64,000 nucleotides of DNA from contig CAMYON010000001.1 of the NCBI GenBank assembly GCA_947260025.1, positions 11,410 to 75,409 of the forward strand, in the 5' to 3' direction. This document shows, in pieces, positions 10,663 to 19,704 of this stretch. The number at the start of each line of letters is the position of its first letter. Positions within the stretch are counted from its first letter, which is position 1. A program made the translations under genes and the position numbers. The notes beneath the pieces were generated by a model, which ran no database searches, was not told the origin of the DNA, and saw only the letters and a list, made by a program, of their open reading frames with translations. Source of the stretch: an uncultured Gammaproteobacteria bacterium (GTDB lineage: Bacteria; Pseudomonadota; Gammaproteobacteria; GCA-001735895).

Positions 10663-10828
10663 AGAATTGCTCCGGAGAATCGAACGGCTTGAGGATCAGC
10701 ACATCGATCCGGATATATTTGAAGTCTTCATCCGTGAAAGGGTTTGCCTGGACTATGCGGAAGCGTTTCTGGATCCAGAACAGATAGATGAGATCGATGA
10801 AAGCCTGATACCAGGTTATGCAGGCTAG
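10663..10828 (+). CDS. Hypothetical small acidic protein (MSELLRRIERLEDQHIDPDIFEVF...); alternative longer ORF from 10499
   Basis: It lies in the AT-rich gap between the STK and cNMP-rhodanese genes, on the opposite strand. I recognise no family. The start is ambiguous, the Shine-Dalgarno is weak, and the coding potential is uncertain. Confidence 0.2.
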
Positions 10829-10852
10829 TCGCCAAATGATGCCTGCAGAGAA

Positions 10853-11908
10853 TCAGGCGGTTTCGAGATCGGAAGGCTCGGCAGTATCGACTCCGTCCCT
10901 TAATACGTAAGTTTCGATATCTTTTTCGTTTAGCAGAAATGAGGCGGCCGAGCTGCGGCGACCGGTGTCACAGTAAATGACGTATTTCTTGTCGGTATCG
11001 AGTGAATTTGCTTTCATGCGTAAAAAAATCAACGGAATGTTGATACTGCCCTTGATGTGTTTGGCCTTGTGCTCGGTCGGCAAGCGCACATCGAACCAGA
11101 CCGCACCTTCCGCCACCAGCTTCTTGCCTTCATCGTACTCGACCCAGTTAAGTAGCGGTTCGTTGAGCAGAGAGTTGAAATCCTCCTTGTTCAGTCGCAT
11201 CAGGTGGCCATCGGTAAGCATGGTAATGGTAGCGTTACGTTTGCTGTCGGAAATCAGGGCTTCCTCACCGAAGCTGTCTCCAACCGACAGGGTTGCAAGT
11301 TTGACACCGTTGGGATTGGCGGGTGTCGACCGGGTTACCAGGCAGCGACCTTCCTTGATGATGTAAAAGTAGTCACCCTCGGCATCCTGCTCGATGACTT
11401 TATCTCCGGGTTTATAGCTTACCGATTCCATGCGCATGAACATTGCCTGGATGTTGGCCGGTGGGATGCGATGAAAAGCCCGGGTTTGAAGGATTCGCGT
11501 CATCCAGTCGGTTTCGTCGTCATCTTCGTCGACTGCTTCAACCGAGTAACTGCCGGTTTGATCCCAGGTCAACATGATATCGAGCATGTCGCTATTGATC
11601 TTGGTGATTACGACAGCGGATTTGGCGCGTGCCGAAACCGGGCGCGGAAAGCCGTGAGCGATTGGCTGCAGCCCGTCTGGCGAGCCCGCCTTGATGACCT
11701 TTACCACTTTCTTGTCCTGCAGCAGTTCGATTTCACCCTGGAGCAGGTAAACATGAACCTTGTCCAGGTCACCTTTCTTGAAAATATAGTGGCCTGACTG
11801 TAACGGGGTAGCGGATATTTTTTTGATTAATTCTTGAGCGTTTTCAGGATTCAGAGAATTGATCGGGGAAAGTGATTTTATTTGATTGGGATCAATTTCA
11901 AGGCTCAT
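10853..11908 (-). CDS. Tandem cyclic-nucleotide-binding (CAP_ED) domain protein fused to a C-terminal rhodanese domain
   Basis: It has two cNMP-binding beta-barrel regions (..YIFKKGDLDKVHVYLLQGEIEL.. and ..GDYFYIIKEGRCLV...GDSFGEEALIS..). The C-terminal rhodanese domain has an intact active-site loop, YCDTGRRS (Cys-X4-Arg). Confidence 0.8.
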   Translation of the reverse strand: MSLEIDPNQIKSLSPINSLNPENAQELIKKISATPLQSGHYIFKKGDLDKVHVYLLQGEIELLQDKKVVKVIKAGSPDGLQPIAHGFPRPVSARAKSAVVITKINSDMLDIMLTWDQTGSYSVEAVDEDDDETDWMTRILQTRAFHRIPPANIQAMFMRMESVSYKPGDKVIEQDAEGDYFYIIKEGRCLVTRSTPANPNGVKLATLSVGDSFGEEALISDSKRNATITMLTDGHLMRLNKEDFNSLLNEPLLNWVEYDEGKKLVAEGAVWFDVRLPTEHKAKHIKGSINIPLIFLRMKANSLDTDKKYVIYCDTGRRSSAASFLLNEKDIETYVLRDGVDTAEPSDLETA

Positions 11909-12024
11909 GTCTTATTCGGGAATCCTTTGCATGCAGCATAAATAAATCGCTATTTTGGCGCTTGGTACCCGATAAAGCAACTACTGCAACCAAATAATCG
12001 AAGTGGGTCACAGTCCGTCCAATA

Positions 12025-13845
12025 TTATCCCGATTGGCTTGTTATATCCACGTAGAGCTTGAGCTTCTGACCGGGTTGCAGGTATTTGCCGATTCGATTC
12101 CAGCGTTTGATGTCGGCCACGCGGATATTAAAGCGATCCGCGATGCGATGCAGTGAATCTCCCTTGCGGACGGTGTAGCGCAGCGCATGCAGTGCATTGC
12201 TGGGGCGCGTCTGGTTGATACTGACGGTCTGCGACAGCTTGCCTCTGGTCCATACCACCAGTTTCTGGCCAACGCGCAGCGTATCGATCGGCGCCATCCC
12301 GTTCCACTTGGCCAGTGCCTTGGTGGTGACGCCGTAGTTTCTGGATATACTCCACAGGCTCTGACCGGGCCGGACGATGTGCACCTGCTTGGTACCCGAA
12401 CGATTGGTATTCTGAATTTGAGCGATGCGAGAATTTTCGCTTAGCGTGTAGCTTTTCAGCGACTTGGTTGCGGTGGGAACCATCAGGTACTTGCCGGCAC
12501 GGATATTGGTGCCGCGTATATTGTTGACGTCCTTTATCAGGGCAACAGAGGTCCGGTACTTGTTCGAGATATGGCTCAGGGTTTCGCCGTTTCTGATCTT
12601 GTGCCGTACCCAGTTGATTCGCTTGCTCGGCGGTACCTTGGCGACCTCAATCTTGAATTGCTCTGCGCTGCCGCGCGGCAGTAGTAATCGATGCGGGCCG
12701 TTGGGCGCCGTTGCCCAGCGATTGAATGCCGGATTCAACTGGTATAGCTGGTTAACCGAAATACCGGCGAGATCTGCCGCCAGTGCCAGGTCGATCTGAC
12801 CATCGAGTTCGACGATTTCGTAGCTGACCTGGTTGCCAACCGGGACCAGGTCTAACTGGTACTTCTCGGGATGGGCGAACAATTCCTTGAGGGCGAACAT
12901 CTTGGGCACGTAGTTACGGGTTTCCTTGCGAATCCTGGTCAGGTGCCAGAAATCCGTGGGACGCTTGCGCTTCTTGTTGTAACGCACGGCGCTACGTATC
13001 TTGCCGGGACCGGCATTGTAGGCGGCCAGCGCCAGTTCCCAATCGCCGTTGAACTGGCGTGCGAGGCTGTCCAGGTAGCTTATTGCGGCGTGTGTCGATT
13101 CGATGATATCGCGGCGACCATCGTACCACCAGTTTTGCTTGAGCCCGAGGAAACGGCCCGTCGACGGAATAATCTGCCACATGCCCGAAGCGCGGCCGTG
13201 CGAGTAGGCGAAGGCCTGGTAAGCGGATTCCACGATCGGCAACAGGGCCAGTTCGGTCGGCAGGCCGCGTTGCTCTAGTTCGTCGAGGACGAAAGGTAAA
13301 ATCGGCCGAGCGCGCTCCATCACGCGCTGCATGTAACCCGGATGGTCGAGAAACCACTTGAGCTGCGCCCTGACCCGGGGATTATCAACCGCCGCCATTT
13401 GCATGCCATTTTGCAGCCGGTACCAGGCGTTATGCTTGTTGCGGGTTTCCGCTAGCGAAGCCTTGATCGCGGCCACTACCGCGGCTTCTTCCTGTTGCTG
13501 TTTTTCAAGCGCCAGTGCGGTCTGCGCTGCTTCAAATTCATAATCGACGGGCAGCGACCTTGCTACTGGTTCGGGCTCGGTTGAATCTGTAGGCCCGGTT
13601 GAATCTGGTCGGCTCTCCATCGAAACGACGGTAGCGGCGGAATAATCGTCTGTTTCCAGCGGTGATGCCGCGGTTGCCGGGGATGCGGAAATCTGGGATT
13701 CCAACGGGGTCGCTAGCGCTGTTGCAGCCTCGTTTTGCCTGGTTGGAGCGGTGCCCGTACTCGCGCACCCGGCTAGCATCAACACGATCAATGCGGCGGC
13801 AAATATATTCCTTTCCCCGAAAAGGGGCTGATGCTTGATAAACAT
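12025..13845 (-). CDS. mltD: Membrane-bound lytic murein transglycosylase D with C-terminal LysM repeats
   Basis: It has a lipoprotein-like N-terminus (LAGCAS) and an SLT catalytic region (ESAYQAFAYSHGRASGMWQIIPSTG...AYNAGPGKI). Several LysM repeats follow (e.g. YTVRKGDSLHRIADRFNI). Confidence 0.85.
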   Translation of the reverse strand: MFIKHQPLFGERNIFAAALIVLMLAGCASTGTAPTRQNEAATALATPLESQISASPATAASPLETDDYSAATVVSMESRPDSTGPTDSTEPEPVARSLPVDYEFEAAQTALALEKQQQEEAAVVAAIKASLAETRNKHNAWYRLQNGMQMAAVDNPRVRAQLKWFLDHPGYMQRVMERARPILPFVLDELEQRGLPTELALLPIVESAYQAFAYSHGRASGMWQIIPSTGRFLGLKQNWWYDGRRDIIESTHAAISYLDSLARQFNGDWELALAAYNAGPGKIRSAVRYNKKRKRPTDFWHLTRIRKETRNYVPKMFALKELFAHPEKYQLDLVPVGNQVSYEIVELDGQIDLALAADLAGISVNQLYQLNPAFNRWATAPNGPHRLLLPRGSAEQFKIEVAKVPPSKRINWVRHKIRNGETLSHISNKYRTSVALIKDVNNIRGTNIRAGKYLMVPTATKSLKSYTLSENSRIAQIQNTNRSGTKQVHIVRPGQSLWSISRNYGVTTKALAKWNGMAPIDTLRVGQKLVVWTRGKLSQTVSINQTRPSNALHALRYTVRKGDSLHRIADRFNIRVADIKRWNRIGKYLQPGQKLKLYVDITSQSG

Positions 13846-13908
13846 TAGTATCGATCGGCTTTAGTGGCTAGAATATATAGATTGTAACTGCTGATTCGTA
13901 AGTTTCAA

Positions 13909-14673
13909 ATGAGATTTTGGCGACAAGCCACTGAAAAAAAAGGATTTGCCAGTATCGATGACTGGTATCTAGGAGAAAGCGGACAGTTGTTGTTCAACGA
14001 ACTGGAAGAGCGCATCAGCCCGATTCTGTCAACTACATTTGGCTATTATTCGTTGCAAATCGGTTGTTCGCAATTAGCCGGCCGACTGCAGCAAAGCTGT
14101 CGTGTGAAACACCAGTTTACCCTCGACGAGATCGAATCAGAGGCAAAGGTGCACGCCAATCCGTCGATGCTGCCGATTGCTTCGGATAGTGTCGATCTGG
14201 TTATCCTGATGCATCATCTTTCGAATACCGCCGAGCCACATGCGGTGCTGCGCGAGGCTTTTCGCATTCTGATTCCGGAAGGCAAACTGATTATCATCGA
14301 CTTCAATCCGGTGTCGCTTTGGGGATTACGTCATTTCGTGCAGTCGTGGCTGGAGCAGGTCCCTTTCAAGGGTCACTTCTATACCGCCAGGCGGATCGAT
14401 GACTGGATGCGGCTGCTCGGTTTCGATCAGGATCACTTTTTCCGGGCCGGCTATCTGCCGCCAATTCAAAAAACATCGATTACCAGGCACATGGGCTGGC
14501 TGGAGAAGGGAACTCGCAACTGGTTGCCGGTGCTGGGTGCCGTAAACCTTTTGTTTTACAGTAAGAATATTTCACCCTTGACCCCGGTACGGCACCGCTG
14601 GGTAACGCGCAAGATACTGCCCGGCAAGATTGCCCGCCCCAGCGTCGGCCGTGGCATGAAGTACGATTCTTGA
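13909..14673 (+). CDS. Class I SAM-dependent methyltransferase (YafS-like)
   Basis: It has a Methyltransf_11-like core ([10 protein letters not shown]...[17 protein letters not shown]). It sits between mltD and rnhA, where yafS sits in E. coli and Pseudomonas. Confidence 0.7.
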   Translation: MRFWRQATEKKGFASIDDWYLGESGQLLFNELEERISPILSTTFGYYSLQIGCSQLAGRLQQSCRVKHQFTLDEIESEAKVHANPSMLPIASDSVDLVILMHHLSNTAEPHAVLREAFRILIPEGKLIIIDFNPVSLWGLRHFVQSWLEQVPFKGHFYTARRIDDWMRLLGFDQDHFFRAGYLPPIQKTSITRHMGWLEKGTRNWLPVLGAVNLLFYSKNISPLTPVRHRWVTRKILPGKIARPSVGRGMKYDS

Positions 14674-14680
14674 ACCGGGC

Positions 14681-15118
14681 ATGAGCAACAAGGTCGTGAT
14701 GTATACCGACGGCGCCTGCCGCGGAAATCCCGGTCCGGGTGGCTGGGGGGTTGTCTTGAGTTACCAGGATAGTCGCAAGACCCTGCGTGGTTACGATCCC
14801 GAGACAACCAATAATCGCATGGAGTTGACCGCGGTAATCGAAGGGTTGCGCGCGTTGAATCGCTCCTGTGACGTCGCAATCTATACCGATTCGAAGTATG
14901 TCATGCAGGGTATCAGCGAGTGGATTGCAAACTGGAAACGCAATGGCTGGAAAACTGCCGCGAAGAAGCCGGTGAAAAATTACGACCTTTGGCAGCTACT
15001 GGATAAAGAGGTTGCCGTGCATAGCATCGACTGGAACTGGGTAAAAGGCCATTCCGGCATCGAGGGTAACGAGCTTGCCGATCAATTGGCGAACGCCGCG
15101 ATCGACGCTGAGGGTTAG
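14681..15118 (+). CDS. rnhA: Ribonuclease HI
   Basis: [26 protein letters not shown]...[14 protein letters not shown] is the classic RNase H fold with catalytic DEDD residues. Confidence 0.9.
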   Translation: MSNKVVMYTDGACRGNPGPGGWGVVLSYQDSRKTLRGYDPETTNNRMELTAVIEGLRALNRSCDVAIYTDSKYVMQGISEWIANWKRNGWKTAAKKPVKNYDLWQLLDKEVAVHSIDWNWVKGHSGIEGNELADQLANAAIDAEG

Positions 15119-15120
15119 AC

Positions 15121-15819
15121 ATGAGACAGATCGTACTGGATACGGAAACCACCGGACTCGAGGTTAGCCTGGGGCACCGCATTATCGAAATCGGCTGCAT
15201 CGAACTGGTAAATCGCCGTGTTACCGGCAACCACTGGCACTATTACGTCAATCCGCAGCGGGAAATCGATAGCGGCGCCTTCGAGGTTCATGGGATTAGC
15301 AGCGATTTCCTGCAGGACAAGCCCCTCTTCGAGGAGCTGGCGCAAGATTTTGTAAGCTATGTCGCTGGTGCCGAGCTGGTAATCCATAACGCGGCTTTCG
15401 ATCTTGGATTCCTGGACAACGAGCTGGCACTGCTGGAGCCACCGGTGGCAGCGCTGCAGGAAAGCTGCACGATTCTCGATACGCTAATGCTGGCTCGGCA
15501 AAAGCATCCGGGGCAGAAGAATAATCTCGATGCCCTGTGCAAGCGTTACGATATCGATAACAGCAAGCGCAGCCTGCACGGTGCGCTGCTCGATGCCCGC
15601 ATTCTGGCCGATGTCTACCTCGCCATGACCGGCGGTCAGACCAGTCTCGGGCTTGATGCAGGGCAGGGCGGTGGCACTCAGCACGAGCAGGTCGAGGTCC
15701 AACGCATCGAATCCGGGCAACCGCTAGCGCTGTGGCAGGTCGACGAAGTTGCGCAGCAGGCAAACCGCGAATACATCGAGTTCCTCGCCACCCAGCACGA
15801 CGATCCCGCCTGGAAATAA
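15121..15819 (+). CDS. dnaQ: DNA polymerase III epsilon subunit (3'-5' proofreading exonuclease)
   Basis: MRQIVLDTETTGLE...HGALLDARILADVYLAMTGGQ gives Exo I-III motifs. It is adjacent to rnhA. Confidence 0.9.
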   Translation: MRQIVLDTETTGLEVSLGHRIIEIGCIELVNRRVTGNHWHYYVNPQREIDSGAFEVHGISSDFLQDKPLFEELAQDFVSYVAGAELVIHNAAFDLGFLDNELALLEPPVAALQESCTILDTLMLARQKHPGQKNNLDALCKRYDIDNSKRSLHGALLDARILADVYLAMTGGQTSLGLDAGQGGGTQHEQVEVQRIESGQPLALWQVDEVAQQANREYIEFLATQHDDPAWK

Positions 15820-15874
15820 ACCCACTGGTTCTATCCTGAATACTGTCTTCCAATTGCGGAGACTGGCCTGGGAG

Positions 15875-16348
15875 CTACGAAGATTTGAGCATTCGGGCCT
15901 GGTCGCGTTTCCAGTCGCGATCCTTGATGCTGGCGCGCTTGTCGTGCGCCTTCTTGCCCTTGGCGATTCCGAGCTTGAGTTTGGCGCGACCGCGGCTCCA
16001 GTAGGCCGACAACGCGACCAGCGTGTAACCTTTGCGTTCGACCATGCCGACCAGGCGGTCTATTTCACCTCGATGTGCAAGCAGTTTCCGGGTTCGGGTC
16101 GGGTTGGGTTTAACATGGGTGGACGCGCTGTTTAGCGGGCTGATATGAGCGCCGATCAGCCAGATCTCCCCGTTTTTGACCATGACATAGCTCTCCTTGA
16201 GCTGCAGGTTTCCACTACGCAAGCCCTTGACTTCCCAGCCCTCGAGCACGATCCCGACCTCGATCTCGTCTTCGATGAAATAGTCGTGGCGGGCAACGCG
16301 GTTGACCGCAATCGTGTTAGAAGGAGCTTTGGATTTTTTCTTGCCCAT
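15875..16348 (-). CDS. smpB: SsrA-binding protein
   Basis: 157 aa. [46 protein letters not shown] is a near-textbook SmpB. Confidence 0.9.
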   Translation of the reverse strand: MGKKKSKAPSNTIAVNRVARHDYFIEDEIEVGIVLEGWEVKGLRSGNLQLKESYVMVKNGEIWLIGAHISPLNSASTHVKPNPTRTRKLLAHRGEIDRLVGMVERKGYTLVALSAYWSRGRAKLKLGIAKGKKAHDKRASIKDRDWKRDQARMLKSS

Positions 16349-16480
16349 ACTGGGGAGATCTCTGTTGACTGCAACTGGCGCGCCATATTCTCGGGTTAAT
16401 TAGAGGCCATGACAAGCGAATCGCGTTAATCGCTTCTTGAAACCTGACCAGCCTTCGCTATACACTCTCGCCCTTGCAAT

Positions 16481-16595
<115 letters not shown>

Positions 16596-16632
16596 GTTTT
16601 CCGGTTGATTACGCCACCTCCACTGAGTCTGA

Positions 16633-18393
16633 ATGAGTTACCAGGTATTAGCGCGCAAATGGCGGCCGGCCAATTTTCAACAAATGGTTGGCCAGGAGCA
16701 CGTGCTGCAGGCACTGGTCAACGCACTCGACAGTAATCGACTTCATCATGCCTACCTGTTTACCGGCACCCGCGGTGTTGGCAAGACGACGATTGCGCGC
16801 ATCTTCGCCAAATCGCTCAACTGCGAGCAGGGCATCACGTCGGAGCCCTGCGGCAGCTGCTCTTCCTGCAGCGAGATCGATGAAGGCCGTAGCGTCGACC
16901 TGATCGAAATCGATGCGGCTTCGCGCACCGGGGTCGACGATATGCGCGAACTGCTCGACAACGTACAATACGCCCCCACTCGCGGTCGTTTCAAGATTTA
17001 CCTGATCGACGAAGTCCACATGCTGTCCAGGCACAGTTTTAACGCCTTGCTGAAAACCCTGGAAGAGCCGCCGCCGCATATCAAATTCCTGTTGGCGACC
17101 ACCGATCCGCAAAAAGTGCCGGTAACGGTCTTGTCCCGCTGCCTGCAGTTCAACCTCAAGCGCATGTCGCGGGCGCAGATACTGTCACAGCTGCAGTTTC
17201 TCACCGAGCAGGAATCGGTAGATGCGGATGTCGCGGCCCTCGGGCAACTTGCAGCGGCCGCCGATGGCAGCATGCGCGATGCGCTCAGCCTGTTGGACCA
17301 GGCGATTGGCTATGGCGGCGGCGCGGTCAAGCAGGATGCGGTCGAGGCTATGCTCGGTTCTATATCACGCGATTACCTGCAGCGCCTGTTCGACGCGCTG
17401 CAGGGGCAGCAGGCGGCGACGCTGTTACGCGAGGCCCGTGCGGTTATCGAACATAATCCCGACTACCAGCGCGTTTGTGCCGAAATGCTGTCCCTGCTGC
17501 AGCAGGTGGCGCTCTACCAGAGCGATCCAGGCCTGGTTGGCGACGGCGATGTCTCGATCGAAATGCTGCAACGCTACAGTTCGGCCTGGTCGCCGGAAGA
17601 GGTCCAGCTGTATTACCAGATTATGCTGCAGGGCCGGCACGACCTGTTGATCAGTCCCGACGAGGCCGCCGGCTTCGAAATGCTGATGTTGCGCCTGATT
17701 GCTTTTTCGCCTGCAGCAGAAACCGCCGGCAGTGAGCGCGAGGTAAAAAAAAAGCCTGAAAACTCCGCAGGCATAAAGCCGCAACTCAGCGAGGATCTGA
17801 CACCGCCAGAGGCCATCGTTGACCCCGATAATTCCGCGTCCGACGGCGAGCGGGAAGCGGCCGATACGAGCCAGGCCGATGTCTTCGCTGCCGCATGCGA
17901 CGATGCTGGCTCCGAAACTCAGGAAGCCAGCCCGACTGCGGTAAAAACCACTCCACCCGTGGCGCCCGGCACGGCCGAACCTGATGCCGCTACCGGTCCG
18001 CTCCTCGAATGGCCCGAACTGGCGTACGATCTCGGGCTGGATGGTCTGGCGCAGGAAATTGTCGCCAACAGCGTGCTCGAATCCTGGCAGGACGAGCGCA
18101 TGAAACTGGCTTTACTGCCCGAGATCCAGGATCTGGTAAACCCTCAAATCGAATCCGAAATTAGGCGGGCCCTCGAGGAAAAACTTGGGGTATCATTGCA
18201 GCTTGAAATGAGCGCCAGGGATTCGTTGACCGGCGAAACACCGCTGCAGGCAAAGCTGCGGCGGCTGGAGCAGGAGCGGCTCGCGGCGATAGATGCGATT
18301 CGGGAAGACGCGGTGGTGCTGAAACTGCAACAGGCGTTTTCCGCCGAACTCGACGAAAGCAGTGTTGTGAAGATCGAAAATATCGGTAAATGA
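16633..18393 (+). CDS. dnaX: DNA polymerase III subunits tau/gamma
   Basis: It has an AAA+ clamp-loader N-terminus (GTRGVGKTT, DEVHML, SRC) and a Cys4 zinc module (CGSCSSC). It contains an internal programmed -1 frameshift site (separate feature). Confidence 0.9.
   Translation: MSYQVLARKWRPANFQQMVGQEHVLQALVNALDSNRLHHAYLFTGTRGVGKTTIARIFAKSLNCEQGITSEPCGSCSSCSEIDEGRSVDLIEIDAASRTGVDDMRELLDNVQYAPTRGRFKIYLIDEVHMLSRHSFNALLKTLEEPPPHIKFLLATTDPQKVPVTVLSRCLQFNLKRMSRAQILSQLQFLTEQESVDADVAALGQLAAAADGSMRDALSLLDQAIGYGGGAVKQDAVEAMLGSISRDYLQRLFDALQGQQAATLLREARAVIEHNPDYQRVCAEMLSLLQQVALYQSDPGLVGDGDVSIEMLQRYSSAWSPEEVQLYYQIMLQGRHDLLISPDEAAGFEMLMLRLIAFSPAAETAGSEREVKKKPENSAGIKPQLSEDLTPPEAIVDPDNSASDGEREAADTSQADVFAAACDDAGSETQEASPTAVKTTPPVAPGTAEPDAATGPLLEWPELAYDLGLDGLAQEIVANSVLESWQDERMKLALLPEIQDLVNPQIESEIRRALEEKLGVSLQLEMSARDSLTGETPLQAKLRRLEQERLAAIDAIREDAVVLKLQQAFSAELDESSVVKIENIGK
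17748..17759 (+). other. dnaX: dnaX programmed -1 ribosomal frameshift site (A AAA AAG slippery heptamer, UGA two codons later in -1 frame) producing gamma
   Basis: Zero frame reads GAG GTA AAA AAA AAG CCT GAA (E V K K K P E). The heptamer A AAA AAG is identical to the E. coli dnaX slip site. After a -1 slip the reading is AAA AAA GCC TGA, which adds one Ala and then stops. An internal SD-like GAGG lies 5-8 nt upstream, and a short hairpin GCCTG-N9-CAGGC starts at the slip site. Confidence 0.6.
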
Positions 18394-18406
18394 AGAGGTT
18401 AAGCTA

Positions 18407-18730
18407 ATGAAAGGTGCGCTCGGCGATATGATGAAAAAGGCGCAGGAAATGCAGGAAAACCTGCAAAAAGCGCAAAGCGAACTAGCCAGTAAGGAGGTAA
18501 CCGGGGAAGCCGGTGGAGGCATGGTTACCGTAGTAATGCGCGGCACCCATGAAGTCAATCGGGTAACCATCGATCCGTCGCTGGTGGATGAAGATGTCGA
18601 AATGCTCGAAGACCTGGTGGCTGCTGCCGTCAACGATGCCGTGCACAAGGTCGCTAAATCCAACGAAGCGGCTATGCAGGAAATGACGGCCGGGCTTAAT
18701 TTACCGCCCGGGTTCAAGCTGCCGTTTTAA
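18407..18730 (+). CDS. ybaB: Nucleoid-associated protein YbaB/EbfC
   Basis: 107 aa. MKGALGDMMKKAQEMQENLQKAQSELA matches YbaB. The dnaX-ybaB-recR order is conserved. Confidence 0.9.
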   Translation: MKGALGDMMKKAQEMQENLQKAQSELASKEVTGEAGGGMVTVVMRGTHEVNRVTIDPSLVDEDVEMLEDLVAAAVNDAVHKVAKSNEAAMQEMTAGLNLPPGFKLPF

Positions 18731-18733
18731 TCG

Positions 18734-19330
18734 ATGTCATCATCTAGCCTGGAGCAGATGATCGCGGCGTTGAGATGCCTGCCGGGAGTCGGGCAGAAAT
18801 CGGCGCAGCGGATGGCCCTGCATTTGCTGGAGCGCGATCAACAGGGCGCCCGACGCATCGCCGAGACCATCACCCAGGCGCTGGATACGGTTCGACACTG
18901 CAGCAAATGTCGCAATTTCTCGGATTCGGACTTATGCGATATTTGCAGCGACCAGGGGCGCGAGCAAAATATCATTTGTGTCGTCGAAACTCCGGCCGAC
19001 GTGCTGGCGGTCGAATCTTCGGCCGCATACCGTGGCCGTTACTTCGTTTTGCTGGGACGGCTGTCGCCGCTGGACGGCTTCGGGCCGGCGCAGTTAGGCC
19101 TGGAAGATCTCGAGCAACAGCTGAGCGAGAATGGAATCAAGGAAGTCATTCTCGCCACCAGCGCTACTGTCGAAGGTGATATTACCGCGCAGTATATCGC
19201 CGACTTCGCGACCCGGCAGGGCATTACCAGTAGCCGCCTGGCGCGCGGTATCCCGCTGGGGGGAGAGCTTGAATTCGTCGATGGCGGAACCCTGTCTCGC
19301 GCCCTGACCGGACGCCAGCAAATCGACTAG
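18734..19330 (+). CDS. recR: Recombination protein RecR
   Basis: It has LPGVGQKSAQRMALHLL (HhH), a C4 zinc finger CSKCRNFSDSDLCDIC, and a Toprim domain. Confidence 0.9.
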   Translation: MSSSSLEQMIAALRCLPGVGQKSAQRMALHLLERDQQGARRIAETITQALDTVRHCSKCRNFSDSDLCDICSDQGREQNIICVVETPADVLAVESSAAYRGRYFVLLGRLSPLDGFGPAQLGLEDLEQQLSENGIKEVILATSATVEGDITAQYIADFATRQGITSSRLARGIPLGGELEFVDGGTLSRALTGRQQID

Positions 19331-19356
19331 TTCCAGAAAACCACAGGGGAAAACTC

Positions 19357-19704
19357 ATGTCCGAAACTTTATTTACCCGGATAATCAAACGCGAACTGCC
19401 GGCCGATATCGTCTATGAAACCGATGACATAATAGCGATCCGCGACATCAATCCACAGGCGCCGACGCATGTGCTGGTGATCCCCAGGGTTGAAATCGCG
19501 ACGGTCAACGATATCCAGCCCGGGCAGGCCGAGCTGATTGGCAAGATGGTGCTGGCCGCGCAAAAGATTGCGAGCGACGAAGGCATTGCGGAGGATGGCT
19601 ATCGACTGGTAATCAATTGCAATCGCCACGGTTGCCAGGAAGTGTTCCACCTGCACCTGCACCTGGTTGGCGGCAGGCAGTTGCGAGGTATTTCGGCTTC
19701 CTAA
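19357..19704 (+). CDS. HIT-family nucleotide hydrolase (HinT-like)
   Basis: 115 aa with the histidine triad HLHLHLVGG near the C-terminus. Confidence 0.8.
   Translation: MSETLFTRIIKRELPADIVYETDDIIAIRDINPQAPTHVLVIPRVEIATVNDIQPGQAELIGKMVLAAQKIASDEGIAEDGYRLVINCNRHGCQEVFHLHLHLVGGRQLRGISAS

Noticed and set aside
15820-15874. tmRNA (ssrA) expected near smpB
   Set aside because: Only 55 nt separate dnaQ and the smpB 3' end, which is too short. The other side of smpB is occupied by ffs, so ssrA must be elsewhere.
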